Shown: in pieces, positions 20,329 through 29,252 of the stretch | How positions within the stretch are numbered: the first letter of the stretch is position 1 | Layout of the letters: the number at the start of each line of letters is the position of its first letter | DNA from: an uncultured Brachyspira sp. | GTDB lineage: Bacteria; Spirochaetota; Brachyspiria; Brachyspirales; Brachyspiraceae | Length of the DNA: 59,286 bases | Direction of reading: 5' to 3' | Assembly (NCBI GenBank): GCA_944392715.1 | Contig: CALXXQ010000011.1 | Location: forward strand, 1-59,286 | Translations under genes and position numbers: made by a program | The notes under the pieces: model-generated | The model's database searches: none | What the model was told of the DNA's origin: nothing | Seen by the model: the letters and a program-made list of their open reading frames with translations, nothing else

Positions 20329-22197
20329 TTATCTCTTTTTTCTTTTTTTCTTTTTTCCATTTTGTTTTACTTCTTCTTCAATTATTTCATTAGAAGCAGA
20401 TTTATCTATTTTTGAAGTTATAAATTGCTGAATAACACCGAATATATTTTGAGCAGTCCAATATAATGCAAGTCCGCTTGCAAAGTTATAGAACATAAAT
20501 AGCATCATAAGCGGGAAAATAGTAGTCATCATTTTCATCTGAGTTGCTACCGCCCCGCTTCCTGCTGCAGAAGATGAAGGCTGCAATTTCATGCTCAAGT
20601 AACTTGTTAATGCCATCACTATAGGGAATAAATTGAAATTAAGCCCTCCTAATATTGGTATTCCTGCTGGAAATACAAATAATTTATCAGGTGAAGAAAG
20701 GTCAGTTATCCATAAAAATGGAGTATTTCTTAATTCAACCATTGACTGCATAAGATAGAAAAATGCTATCAACAATGGGAATGGCAATAACATAGGAAGA
20801 CATCCTCCCAAAGGATTGATCTTTTCCTTTTTATAAATGGCCATTATCTCAGCATTTAATTTTTCAGGATTATCTTTATATTGTTCTCTTATACGCTCTA
20901 TTTTAGGATTAACCAATTGCATTTTTTTCATAGATTTATAAGAAGCATGATTGAGCGGGAAAGTTACAACTTTAAATAGGAAAGTAAATAATAATATAGC
21001 CCAAGCATAATCTTTTGTGACATTATATAAAGCATTAAGAATAATATCTAATATATAAGTTAAAGGTCTTAAATTAAGTCCTAAGAAAGATTCTTGGAAT
21101 ATAGATTCATAAGATTCTTCCAAATAATATTTAGAGAAAGTCCTTCTCACTTTAGGTCCCATAAATACTGAATAATTATCAGTGATAGAAGAACCGCTTT
21201 TTATAGTATGTTTAGCTACTAAATTTGCTAAATGGAAATCATTTCTGTATTCATTAGTAGAAGGTTTAGAAAAAGTCATAGTTTCAAAAACGGTATTGTT
21301 AGACTGAGCAGAGGAAGAAATAATAGCAAAATATCTATTATTCAATGCCACCCATTTATTCTGACCTTCATATATATTATATCTCATTTGATTAGTTTTA
21401 ATTGAACTTGAAGAAGAACCGAATAACCTTGAAAAAAGATTATCTTTAACTATATCGCCTGTTAATAATATTTTAGATTTTCCATTTCCTTTTATTAAAT
21501 ATTGAGCTCTTGTAGCATCTTCTCTTACAGCATTTTTAGCAGTTCTATAAGGTCCTATTCCTGTAGCTAAGAAATATGAATAGAATAATGACATATCTTT
21601 ATCACTTATATTTTCTATAGTAACAGAATTTTGTAATTGATAAGGATCTTCGCCGAAAGAGAAAGTTTTTGTTATTTTCACTTCAGAATTATCAATAATT
21701 GCATTTGCAGTATAAGTAGCTTTGTCAGCATTTTCTTCTACTAGTTGATAGTTTAAATTTTCAGGTATTGCAATAGAATTAGAAAGATTTTGAAAAGTTA
21801 CAGTGAAAGGATATATACCTTCATACACTTGTTCTACCATATCGATAATTTCATTAGTAGAATCTTTTTTTAAATCTTGCGGATAATAATTTTTTAATTT
21901 ATATGAATATAAAGAACCATTTTTAAAAGTTGCTATAACATATTCATTTTCAATTACTTTTTCGTTATTAGTATTTATAATAATTGTATTTGTATTTTCT
22001 ATTTTTTCTATTTTCTGCATTTGAGCAGTATTTAGCATTTGATTTTCAGTTGTTATATTATTGCTAGCAACAGTAGAATTTGTATTTGCATTAGTATTAT
22101 AAACTGGTTTTACTGTTTTAGCTTGATAGAACATATATAGAAACATTATTATAGCTGAAAGTCCGACTGCTATAACCATTCTTTTATTATTGCTCAT
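20329..22197 (-). CDS. yidC: Membrane protein insertase YidC
   Basis: Large periplasmic domain, INPLGGCLP, FLWITDLSSPD, SGLALYW. Confidence 0.95.
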   Translation of the reverse strand: MSNNKRMVIAVGLSAIIMFLYMFYQAKTVKPVYNTNANTNSTVASNNITTENQMLNTAQMQKIEKIENTNTIIINTNNEKVIENEYVIATFKNGSLYSYKLKNYYPQDLKKDSTNEIIDMVEQVYEGIYPFTVTFQNLSNSIAIPENLNYQLVEENADKATYTANAIIDNSEVKITKTFSFGEDPYQLQNSVTIENISDKDMSLFYSYFLATGIGPYRTAKNAVREDATRAQYLIKGNGKSKILLTGDIVKDNLFSRLFGSSSSSIKTNQMRYNIYEGQNKWVALNNRYFAIISSSAQSNNTVFETMTFSKPSTNEYRNDFHLANLVAKHTIKSGSSITDNYSVFMGPKVRRTFSKYYLEESYESIFQESFLGLNLRPLTYILDIILNALYNVTKDYAWAILLFTFLFKVVTFPLNHASYKSMKKMQLVNPKIERIREQYKDNPEKLNAEIMAIYKKEKINPLGGCLPMLLPFPLLIAFFYLMQSMVELRNTPFLWITDLSSPDKLFVFPAGIPILGGLNFNLFPIVMALTSYLSMKLQPSSSAAGSGAVATQMKMMTTIFPLMMLFMFYNFASGLALYWTAQNIFGVIQQFITSKIDKSASNEIIEEEVKQNGKKKKRKKR

Positions 22198-22291
22198 AAA
22201 CTATTAAAGCTCCTTAAATCAATTATGTACAACAAATAAGCATTCCATTTAAGCAATTAAAAAAGGAAGATGGCCTAACAAGTAAAAAATA

Positions 22292-22501
22292 TTATGGTAC
22301 AGGATCATATATTTTTTTTGCTAAAGGATTACATCTCAGTACTCTGGCAATTGCAAGAAAACTACCCTTTATAGCCCCATATTTAATAACAGCTTGTTTA
22401 GCATATTCTGAACATGATGGTATATATCTGCAAGAAGGTCTCAAATAAGGCGAAATAGCCTTTTGATATAAGAAAATCATAAATAGAAGAATTTGTTTCA
22501 T
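22292..22501 (-). CDS. yidD: Membrane protein insertion efficiency factor YidD
   Basis: YQKAISP, CRYIPSCSEY, RCNP, YDPVP. Confidence 0.95.
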   Translation of the reverse strand: MKQILLFMIFLYQKAISPYLRPSCRYIPSCSEYAKQAVIKYGAIKGSFLAIARVLRCNPLAKKIYDPVP

Positions 22502-22878
22502 ATATAGTAAACCTTCTTAAATAATTTTAATAAGTCTCTTTTACAATCATCAAATGAAGGGAACTTATAACTATCAAACTTATTAACTATAATAAAATAA
22601 TCATAGCCCGTAGGGATTTTATCTTTTTGTGTTCTATATATTTCTTTGATTATTCTTTTAGCTTTATTTCTGCCTACAGAATTAGTTTTATTTTTTTTAA
22701 TAGTCACAGCAAATCTAGAATACAAGCGGTTATTTTTTAGTACAAGCATTGTATATTTGGAATTAAAAATACTTTTAACTCCGCTATGACTATTGAAAAA
22801 TGCTGATATATCGTTTCTTTGTTTCAATCGCTCTTTTATATATAATTTAGAAGAGCATTCCCTACAACAGTTTTCCAT
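22498..22878 (-). CDS. rnpA: Ribonuclease P protein component
   Basis: ERLK, RNR-like motif SVGRNKAKRIIKE; between rpmH and yidD. Confidence 0.88.
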   Translation of the reverse strand: MENCCRECSSKLYIKERLKQRNDISAFFNSHSGVKSIFNSKYTMLVLKNNRLYSRFAVTIKKNKTNSVGRNKAKRIIKEIYRTQKDKIPTGYDYFIIVNKFDSYKFPSFDDCKRDLLKLFKKVYYI

Positions 22879-22910
22879 CTAAGTACTGCTTAAATAATTG
22901 CTTAATGTAT

Positions 22911-23054
22911 TTACTCATCTGCGGCAGTTAAACGATATCTACCTTTTCTTCTTCTGCGTTTTAAAACATCACGTCCATGTTTAGTTGCCATACGTTTAAA
23001 AAATCCGAATTTTCTAGCACGGCGCAACTTACTTGGCTGATAAGTTCGTTTCAT
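22911..23054 (-). CDS. rpmH: 50S ribosomal protein L34 (47 aa, absent from the ORF track)
   Basis: Manual translation [47 protein letters not shown]; AAGGAG RBS. Confidence 0.97.
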   Translation of the reverse strand: MKRTYQPSKLRRARKFGFFKRMATKHGRDVLKRRRRKGRYRLTAADE

Positions 23055-23135
23055 GTATGTCTCCTTAAAAGATATTATATTTCTTTGTTAATTATTCTCT
23101 ATAGCAATAAAAAAATTGTACAAATATACGGAAGT

Positions 23136-23164
23136 ATTCTACTATATAAACATAATTTTGTCAA
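23136..23164 (-). promoter_or_regulatory. sigma70 promoter of the rpmH operon
   Basis: TTGACA-17 nt-TAGAAT on the minus strand. Confidence 0.6.
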
Positions 23165-23276
23165 GTACATAAAAATACATTAAATACTGTCTGTAAGTAT
23201 ATTGTATATTTATTTTATCTATTTTTTTAATTATTTATAAATTTGATATTATATTATTTAGTGATATAATGTTAGA

Positions 23277-23759
23277 ATGAAAAAATATTTACTTGAGAAT
23301 AAATTAGAAGATATTACTCCATTAATAGAAAATTTATCTAATGAGGTTAAAAAATATATACCTAATGATGAAATAGATTTATTTTCAGCGGCTTTGTATG
23401 AAGTAATTATGAATGCAATAGAGCATGGAAATCTTAATATACTTTATGAAACTAAAAAAGAATGGCTTAAGAAAAATATTTATCATAAAAAATTAAAAGA
23501 ACTTTTGAAAACGGAAAAAGCTAAAACTACTCATGTTGAAATAAAATTAGAATTACCTGAAGAAGAAAATAAAATTTCTATTACGGTTAAAGATCAAGGA
23601 CTTGGATTTAAACCTAAACAAGAAGCCAAAAAAATATATAATGACGGTTTTGCACGTGAAAGCGGAAGGGGAATTATGATGATTAAATCATATTTTGATG
23701 AAGTTAAATTCAATAAAAAAGGCAATGCCATAACATTAATAAAATTAATAAAAGAATAA
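23277..23759 (+). CDS. RsbW/SpoIIAB-like ATP-binding protein (HATPase_c_2)
   Basis: EVIMNAIEHGN, VKDQGLGF, SGRGIMMI; ~30-aa insertion after HGN. Confidence 0.82.
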   Translation: MKKYLLENKLEDITPLIENLSNEVKKYIPNDEIDLFSAALYEVIMNAIEHGNLNILYETKKEWLKKNIYHKKLKELLKTEKAKTTHVEIKLELPEEENKISITVKDQGLGFKPKQEAKKIYNDGFARESGRGIMMIKSYFDEVKFNKKGNAITLIKLIKE

Positions 23760-23935
23760 TAAAAATTATGATCAAAAAAAGGAATTCTATTTTTCTAAAT
23801 GGTATGTAAAATAGGTTATAACAATAAAGATAAAAAGCAAATATGGAAATTGTGAGTTTATTAAAAATATACTTGAGGCGAACATTTCTTATTAGCAATA
23901 ATAAAAAATAATAATTTGTAAAGAGATTCTATATT

Positions 23936-25486
23936 ATGTCTAATAATAAAAAAACAAAAAAAGTTAAAAATACAAAATTTTTTCATAAGTCTCCAGAAAT
24001 AAAATTAGATACAGGATTTGTAACTTTAGAGAGATTTATGGCTATAAATGAATATGATGACGGATCTTTCTCACGTGAATATAATTGCGATGTAATAAAT
24101 AGAAAAGGAAGAGATGCTGTTATTATAGTTCCATATGCTTATATAGATAATCAAATTCATGTTCTTATGATAAGTACATTCAGACCTGTTGTTTATTATA
24201 GAGAAAAAGTTATGACTGATAAAAAGCCTGAAGAAATTGATGAACATATTATGAATTTCTTAGAGTTTCCTGCAGGTATGCTTGAAGAAGATGAAATTAA
24301 TGATAAAAATCCTAATCAGGGAATAAAAAAATGTGCAAAAAGGGAGCTTGAAGAAGAAACAGGTTATAATGTAGATTTAAAAAATATAAATGTATTAGGA
24401 CATAGATATTATAGTTCTTCTGGTATTATTACAGAAAGAATTAATATAGCAACTTGCGATATAACAGGATTAACTCCAAAGAAAGAAATAGATACAGATG
24501 GTTCTGTTATGGAAGAAACTATAGAATCTTTTTTTGTACCTTTTGATAAAGCTATGGCTTGGTGTAAAGATGGTGTCATTAAAAATGCAGGTACTGAAAT
24601 AGGTCTTCATAGGCTTTATTTTTCCATACTATATGAACATCAAAAAAATCATAATTTAATACTTCAAAAAAGACTTCATACTCTTTTGAATGAAATAAAC
24701 TCACTTAAAAAAACAGCTGAGCATTATAATAAATTAATAAGAGAGTTCAAAGCTACTGTTTCTCATGAATTAAGACATCCGTTTACAGAAATAATGGGAT
24801 ATATTAATTTACTTAAAAAAAATAATATGACAGAAGAAAAAAGAGAAGAAGCTTTTAATATTGTTTCCAGAAGTATAAAAAAATTATATGATACTAATAA
24901 TAATCTTATACAAATAGCATTAAAAGATGATGAAAGTCCTAAGTATGTATCTGAATTTAATATAAAAGAAGAACTTGATATTATAATAGAAGGATACAAA
25001 TTTATTTATCCTAAGAATATAAATATAGAAATGAATATAGAAAAAAACTGCATCATATTAATAGGATATCATGAGAGATTTAGACTCATTATGGAAGGTA
25101 TAATATCAAATGCATTCAAATTTACAAAATCTGGCACTATATCAATAAATGTTAGAACTTTAGATACTATAGAAAAAAAAGAGTTAGATTTCTCTCCTGA
25201 TTTATTTAATTATCATACTATGAAAAATATAATGCCGAATGAAATAGAAATAATAGTAAAGGATACTGGAAAAGGAATAAAACCAAGTAAATTAAAAAAG
25301 ATATTTATACCATTTTATCAGGCTGATTCTAGATTTGAAAGAGAATACGGCGGAATGGGAATTGGATTATCTGTTGTAAAAGATTTGCTTGATACTATGC
25401 AAGGCACAATCAATATAGACAGTTCTGAAGGAGCTGGTACTATAGTAAAATTAAGAATGCCTTTTGGTATACCTAGTAAAAATTAA
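23936..25486 (+). CDS. Nudix hydrolase - HisKA - HATPase fusion (soluble sensor histidine kinase)
   Basis: LEFPAGMLE...AKRELEEETGY Nudix box; SHELRHP H-box; SNAFKFT, DTGKGI, PFYQ, GMGIGL boxes; no TM segment. Confidence 0.88.
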   Translation: MSNNKKTKKVKNTKFFHKSPEIKLDTGFVTLERFMAINEYDDGSFSREYNCDVINRKGRDAVIIVPYAYIDNQIHVLMISTFRPVVYYREKVMTDKKPEEIDEHIMNFLEFPAGMLEEDEINDKNPNQGIKKCAKRELEEETGYNVDLKNINVLGHRYYSSSGIITERINIATCDITGLTPKKEIDTDGSVMEETIESFFVPFDKAMAWCKDGVIKNAGTEIGLHRLYFSILYEHQKNHNLILQKRLHTLLNEINSLKKTAEHYNKLIREFKATVSHELRHPFTEIMGYINLLKKNNMTEEKREEAFNIVSRSIKKLYDTNNNLIQIALKDDESPKYVSEFNIKEELDIIIEGYKFIYPKNINIEMNIEKNCIILIGYHERFRLIMEGIISNAFKFTKSGTISINVRTLDTIEKKELDFSPDLFNYHTMKNIMPNEIEIIVKDTGKGIKPSKLKKIFIPFYQADSRFEREYGGMGIGLSVVKDLLDTMQGTINIDSSEGAGTIVKLRMPFGIPSKN

Positions 25487-25521
25487 ATTAATTTTTTATA
25501 AGTAAAATATATGGGTATTAT

Positions 25522-25838
25522 TTACATACCCCGCCCTTTATTTTTATAGTTCTATTTTAAATTACAATTATATTATATTGGCATTTAATTAGAAATATAA
25601 GCCCCCGCCCAGGTTGTTATTATATTTGTTATGCAATTAAGCGCACGGTAAATCAAGTTATTTATATAAATAATATTATCATTCAAACTTTTATTATAAA
25701 TTAAAATTTAGTTAACCGTGCGTTGAATATACAAAATAACAAATTGAAACTTGGGTGGGCAATGCTTTTTCTTTATGAATTTTAATTTTATTTTGATTTA
25801 TTTTTTATTATTGAGGCAGAATATATATAGGGCGGGAT
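25522..25838. repeat. Complete ~310-bp palindromic intergenic element with six GC-rich nodes
   Basis: cccgccc 25530, cccgccc 25604, gcacgg 25643 | ccgtgc 25716, gggtggg 25753, gggcggg 25830; all three pairs centred on about 25682. Confidence 0.8.
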
Positions 25839-26282
25839 TTAAATATGATTTTCATTTCTATATTTAATCATTATTATTTTTCTTCCATTGTCTTCAAAAT
25901 AAAAATCATCAGTATATAGAGATATAAGAAATATTCCTCTTCCGCTGTCCTTATAAATATTTTCCTGAGATTCTGTAAGTCCTATCATAGCTAGAAAATA
26001 ATCAAAACCATCGCCTTCATCTTCTATTGTTACTTTAATGGTTTCATCATCGATACTAAAATTTATATAAACATTTTTATCATGATTATTTTTATTTCCA
26101 TGAACTATTGAATTAGTTAAGGCTTCTTCAAAAGCTATTTGAAATGCATCGCATTCTTTAATTTCATTTGAATGTAGAAAATTTAAAAAGTCATTAGAAA
26201 CTTTAGGTATTAATAATTTATCACTAGGAATTTTCATAAAAAATCTTTGTTTTATTTTATTGGTACAGTATTCTGTGTTCAT
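25839..26282 (-). CDS. RsbW/SpoIIAB-like anti-sigma factor Ser/Thr kinase
   Basis: EEALTNSIVHGN, IEDEGDGF, SGRGIFLI. Confidence 0.85.
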   Translation of the reverse strand: MNTEYCTNKIKQRFFMKIPSDKLLIPKVSNDFLNFLHSNEIKECDAFQIAFEEALTNSIVHGNKNNHDKNVYINFSIDDETIKVTIEDEGDGFDYFLAMIGLTESQENIYKDSGRGIFLISLYTDDFYFEDNGRKIIMIKYRNENHI

Positions 26283-26332
26283 AATTCAGCTCTGTTTCAG
26301 CAATAATTTATTACTATAATTAGTTACTATCA

Positions 26333-26410
26333 AGTATAGTAAAATAAGCATCATTGTCAAGTTTTTTACTATATAAAAATATTGACATTAATTATAATTT
26401 TGAATACAAT
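26333..26410. promoter_or_regulatory. Back-to-back sigma70 promoters for the RsbW-like gene and the DegT gene
   Basis: Minus strand TTGACA(26360)-16 nt-TATACT; plus strand TTGACA(26382)-17 nt-TACAAT. Confidence 0.55.
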
Positions 26411-26440
26411 TTAATTATTATTAATAAATAAGGATTTTTT

Positions 26441-27556
26441 ATGAAATATATGAACCTTTACAGAGGATATGAAAAGCGTAAAGAAGCTATTGATAAAAAG
26501 ATATTTTCTATTATAGAGAGAAGCCAATTTATATTTGGAGAAGAATTGGAGAATTTGGAGAAAGAATTATCAAGTTACACAGGTGCTAAATATGCTGTAG
26601 GGGTTTCTTCGGGGCATGTTGGGCTTGTACTTGCTCTTTTAGCATTGGGATTTAATGCTGGAGAGGATCATTCAGATAAAGAAGTAATAGTTCCTGCTAT
26701 GACATTTTTCTCTACTGCTGAGGCACCTGCTTTTTTAGGCATGAAAGTGAGAGTTTGCGATATTGATGAATATTTCAATATGGATGTAAAGAAGCTTGAA
26801 AGTTTAATTAATAAAAAAACTGCTGCTATTATACCTGTTAATTTATTCGGGCAATGTGCTAATTATGATGTTATATTGGATATTGCCAAAAAGAATAATA
26901 TATTTGTAATAGAAGATGCTTGTCAGTCATTTGGAGCTGGTTATAAAGATATTAAATCATGCTCTGGAAAATTAGGAGATATTGCCGTAACATCATTTTT
27001 TCCAGCTAAGCCATTAGGCTGCTTTGGAGACGGAGGAATGGTGTTTACTAACAATGAAGAATTGTATAAGAATCTTAAACAGCTTCGTCATCATGGAGAT
27101 GAGGGCGGAATGATACATGTTAAATTAGGTACTACAGGAAGACTTGATAATTTACAGGCAGGTATTTTACTTGAAAAATTTAAAGGTTTTGATGCTGATA
27201 TGGATCATAGAAGAAAAGCTGCAGAATATTATAGTGAAAAATTAAAAGATGTAGTAAAAGTACCTAAAATAGCAGAATATACTCAAAGTGTTTATGCTCA
27301 ATATGTTATACAGGTGGAAAATAATAGAGATGATGTTAGAAATAAATTAAATGAATTAGGAGTACCTACAGCACTTTATTATCCTCATCCTATGCATTTA
27401 GCTCCTATTCTTGTAAAAAAATTGGGATATAAAGAAGGTGATATGCCTGTATCTGAATATGCTTCAAAACATAATATAGCTTTGCCTATAGATAATGATA
27501 TTCTTAAAGAAGAGCAGGATATTGTTATAGAAGCTATAAAAAAAGTTGTAAAATAA
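26441..27556 (+). CDS. DegT/DnrJ/EryC1/StrS family PLP aminotransferase
   Basis: IEDACQSFGA, SFFPAKPLGCFGDGG, RLDNLQA. Confidence 0.92.
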   Translation: MKYMNLYRGYEKRKEAIDKKIFSIIERSQFIFGEELENLEKELSSYTGAKYAVGVSSGHVGLVLALLALGFNAGEDHSDKEVIVPAMTFFSTAEAPAFLGMKVRVCDIDEYFNMDVKKLESLINKKTAAIIPVNLFGQCANYDVILDIAKKNNIFVIEDACQSFGAGYKDIKSCSGKLGDIAVTSFFPAKPLGCFGDGGMVFTNNEELYKNLKQLRHHGDEGGMIHVKLGTTGRLDNLQAGILLEKFKGFDADMDHRRKAAEYYSEKLKDVVKVPKIAEYTQSVYAQYVIQVENNRDDVRNKLNELGVPTALYYPHPMHLAPILVKKLGYKEGDMPVSEYASKHNIALPIDNDILKEEQDIVIEAIKKVVK

Positions 27557-27577
27557 TAATTAATTTAGAATTGTAAT

Positions 27578-27607
27578 AAAAGCAGGTGTTCAGACACTTG
27601 CTTTTTT
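27578..27607 (+). terminator. Intrinsic terminator of the DegT gene
   Basis: aagcaggtgt/acacttgctt stem then T-run. Confidence 0.7.
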
Positions 27608-27719
27608 ATTTTTATATAATTTCATAGTCTATTTTAATTTTTTTTATAGTTTTATGATTTAAATAAATTAATTTATTATACTATTAGTATATATATTTTT
27701 TATTGTATACATAATAAAT

Positions 27720-27748
27720 TTGACAAATAGAATAATGTTTTATATCAT
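27720..27748 (+). promoter_or_regulatory. sigma70 promoter of the nucleoside operon
   Basis: TTGACA-17 nt-TATCAT upstream of deoC. Confidence 0.6.
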
Positions 27749-27768
27749 ATTTAATATGAGGAGAAAAT

Positions 27769-28419
27769 ATGAATAATCTTAATAAACTAATAGATCATAC
27801 CATTCTCAAACCCGAGGCAACAATAGATGATATAAGAAGGCTATGTATAGAAGCAAAGGAATATGGATTTTATTCTGTATGCGTTAATTCAGCTTATGTA
27901 AATGTAGCTTATAATTTCTTGCTTCATTCAGATGTGAAGGTATGTTCAGTAGTAGGCTTTCCTCTTGGAGCGATGATGAAAGAGGCAAAGGCTTATGAGA
28001 CTAAAGTTGCAATAGACAGCGGAGCCGATGAAATAGACATGGTTATAAATGTCGGACTTTTAAAAAGTAAAAAAATTGATTTATTTGAAAGAGATATAAA
28101 AAAGGTAAGAGATGCATGCCATGCCAGCGTATTGAAAGTTATTATAGAAACTTGCCTTTTAACTGATGAAGAAAAAGTATTAGCTTGCAAAATAGCAAAA
28201 GAATGCGGAGCTGATTTTGTTAAGACTTCTACAGGATTTTCTACAGGAGGGGCAACAGAGCATGATGTTAAGCTTATGCGTGAAGTTGTAGGTAAGGAAA
28301 TGGGAGTAAAAGCTTCAGGCGGAATAAAAACTTATGAAGATGCTCTAAAAATGATAGAAGCAGGTGCTAGCAGACTTGGAACAAGCAGCGGAATAGCGAT
28401 AGTAAAATCATCAATGTAA
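27769..28419 (+). CDS. deoC: Deoxyribose-phosphate aldolase
   Basis: [32 protein letters not shown]. Confidence 0.96.
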   Translation: MNNLNKLIDHTILKPEATIDDIRRLCIEAKEYGFYSVCVNSAYVNVAYNFLLHSDVKVCSVVGFPLGAMMKEAKAYETKVAIDSGADEIDMVINVGLLKSKKIDLFERDIKKVRDACHASVLKVIIETCLLTDEEKVLACKIAKECGADFVKTSTGFSTGGATEHDVKLMREVVGKEMGVKASGGIKTYEDALKMIEAGASRLGTSSGIAIVKSSM

Positions 28420-28428
28420 GGCGGTTAT

Positions 28429-29250
28429 ATGGAATATAAAGAACCTAAGGCATTTTATGATGAAGATGCTTTTAGTAAAGGTATACTCCAATATCATATT
28501 AAATTAAAGGAAGGAGATGTAGCTAGATATGTACTTCTTCCTGGAGATCCTAAAAGGGTGGGATATATTGCCAAATTTTTAGATAATCCTGAATTAAAAG
28601 CTGATTATAGAGAATATGTTACTGTAACAGGAAAATATAAAGGAGTAGATATCTCTGTAACTTCAACAGGTATAGGCGGGCCTTCTGCTTCAATAGCCAT
28701 GGAGGAACTCATTAAAGTAGGAGCAGATACATTTATAAGAGTTGGTACTGCAGGAGGATTAAGTCTCAAAGTAAAGCCTAATGATTTAGCAATAGCTCAG
28801 GCTGCTATAAGAGATGAAGGTACTACAAAGGAATATATACCTATTGAATATCCTGCTATTGCCAATAGTGATATTATATTTGCATTGAGAGATGCCGCCA
28901 AAAAAAGAAATTCTAATTATCATATAGGTGTTGTTCATAGTAAAGATTGTTTTTACGGCGAACTTGAACCTCAAAATTCTTTTTTCAGAGAAAAGTTTGA
29001 AAATAATCTTAAATATTATACATTATGCGGTGCAATAGCTTCAGAAATGGAATGCGCTGCTCTTTTTGCATGTGCTTCTTTAAGGAATGTTAGAGCTGGC
29101 GGAATAATGCATATAGTAGAAAATACTATGATTGAAAGAATGGGTACTCATTTAGAATATAGTGATAATATAGAAAATATGATATTAACAGCATTAGAAG
29201 CTATAGTATTATTAGATGAGAAAGATAAGAAGAATAAAAGAGGTAATTGA
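28429..29250 (+). CDS. Nucleoside phosphorylase (Udp-like, variant base pocket)
   Basis: LPGDPKR, TGIGGPS, RVGTAG, EMEC. Confidence 0.88.
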   Translation: MEYKEPKAFYDEDAFSKGILQYHIKLKEGDVARYVLLPGDPKRVGYIAKFLDNPELKADYREYVTVTGKYKGVDISVTSTGIGGPSASIAMEELIKVGADTFIRVGTAGGLSLKVKPNDLAIAQAAIRDEGTTKEYIPIEYPAIANSDIIFALRDAAKKRNSNYHIGVVHSKDCFYGELEPQNSFFREKFENNLKYYTLCGAIASEMECAALFACASLRNVRAGGIMHIVENTMIERMGTHLEYSDNIENMILTALEAIVLLDEKDKKNKRGN

Positions 29251-29252
29251 AT

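Noticed and set aside
22846-22878. Cys-rich N-terminus of RnpA (MENCCREC) as a metal-binding extension
   Set aside because: Too short and the start codon is uncertain; cannot be supported without orthologues.
22977-23183. 68-aa plus-strand ORF
   Set aside because: Antisense to the real rpmH gene and its promoter; no recognisable features.
23055-23276. Possible oriC upstream of rpmH
   Set aside because: No dnaA and no DnaA-box matches seen.
25522-25838. CRISPR array or IS element interpretation of the GC-node repeat
   Set aside because: Nodes are only 6-12 nt and inverted rather than direct 23-47-nt repeats; no cas or transposase gene in the window; no clear target duplication.
26441-27556. 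DegT aminotransferase as part of the kinase island or nucleoside operon
   Set aside because: It has its own promoter and terminator, so it looks monocistronic; no evidence of functional linkage.
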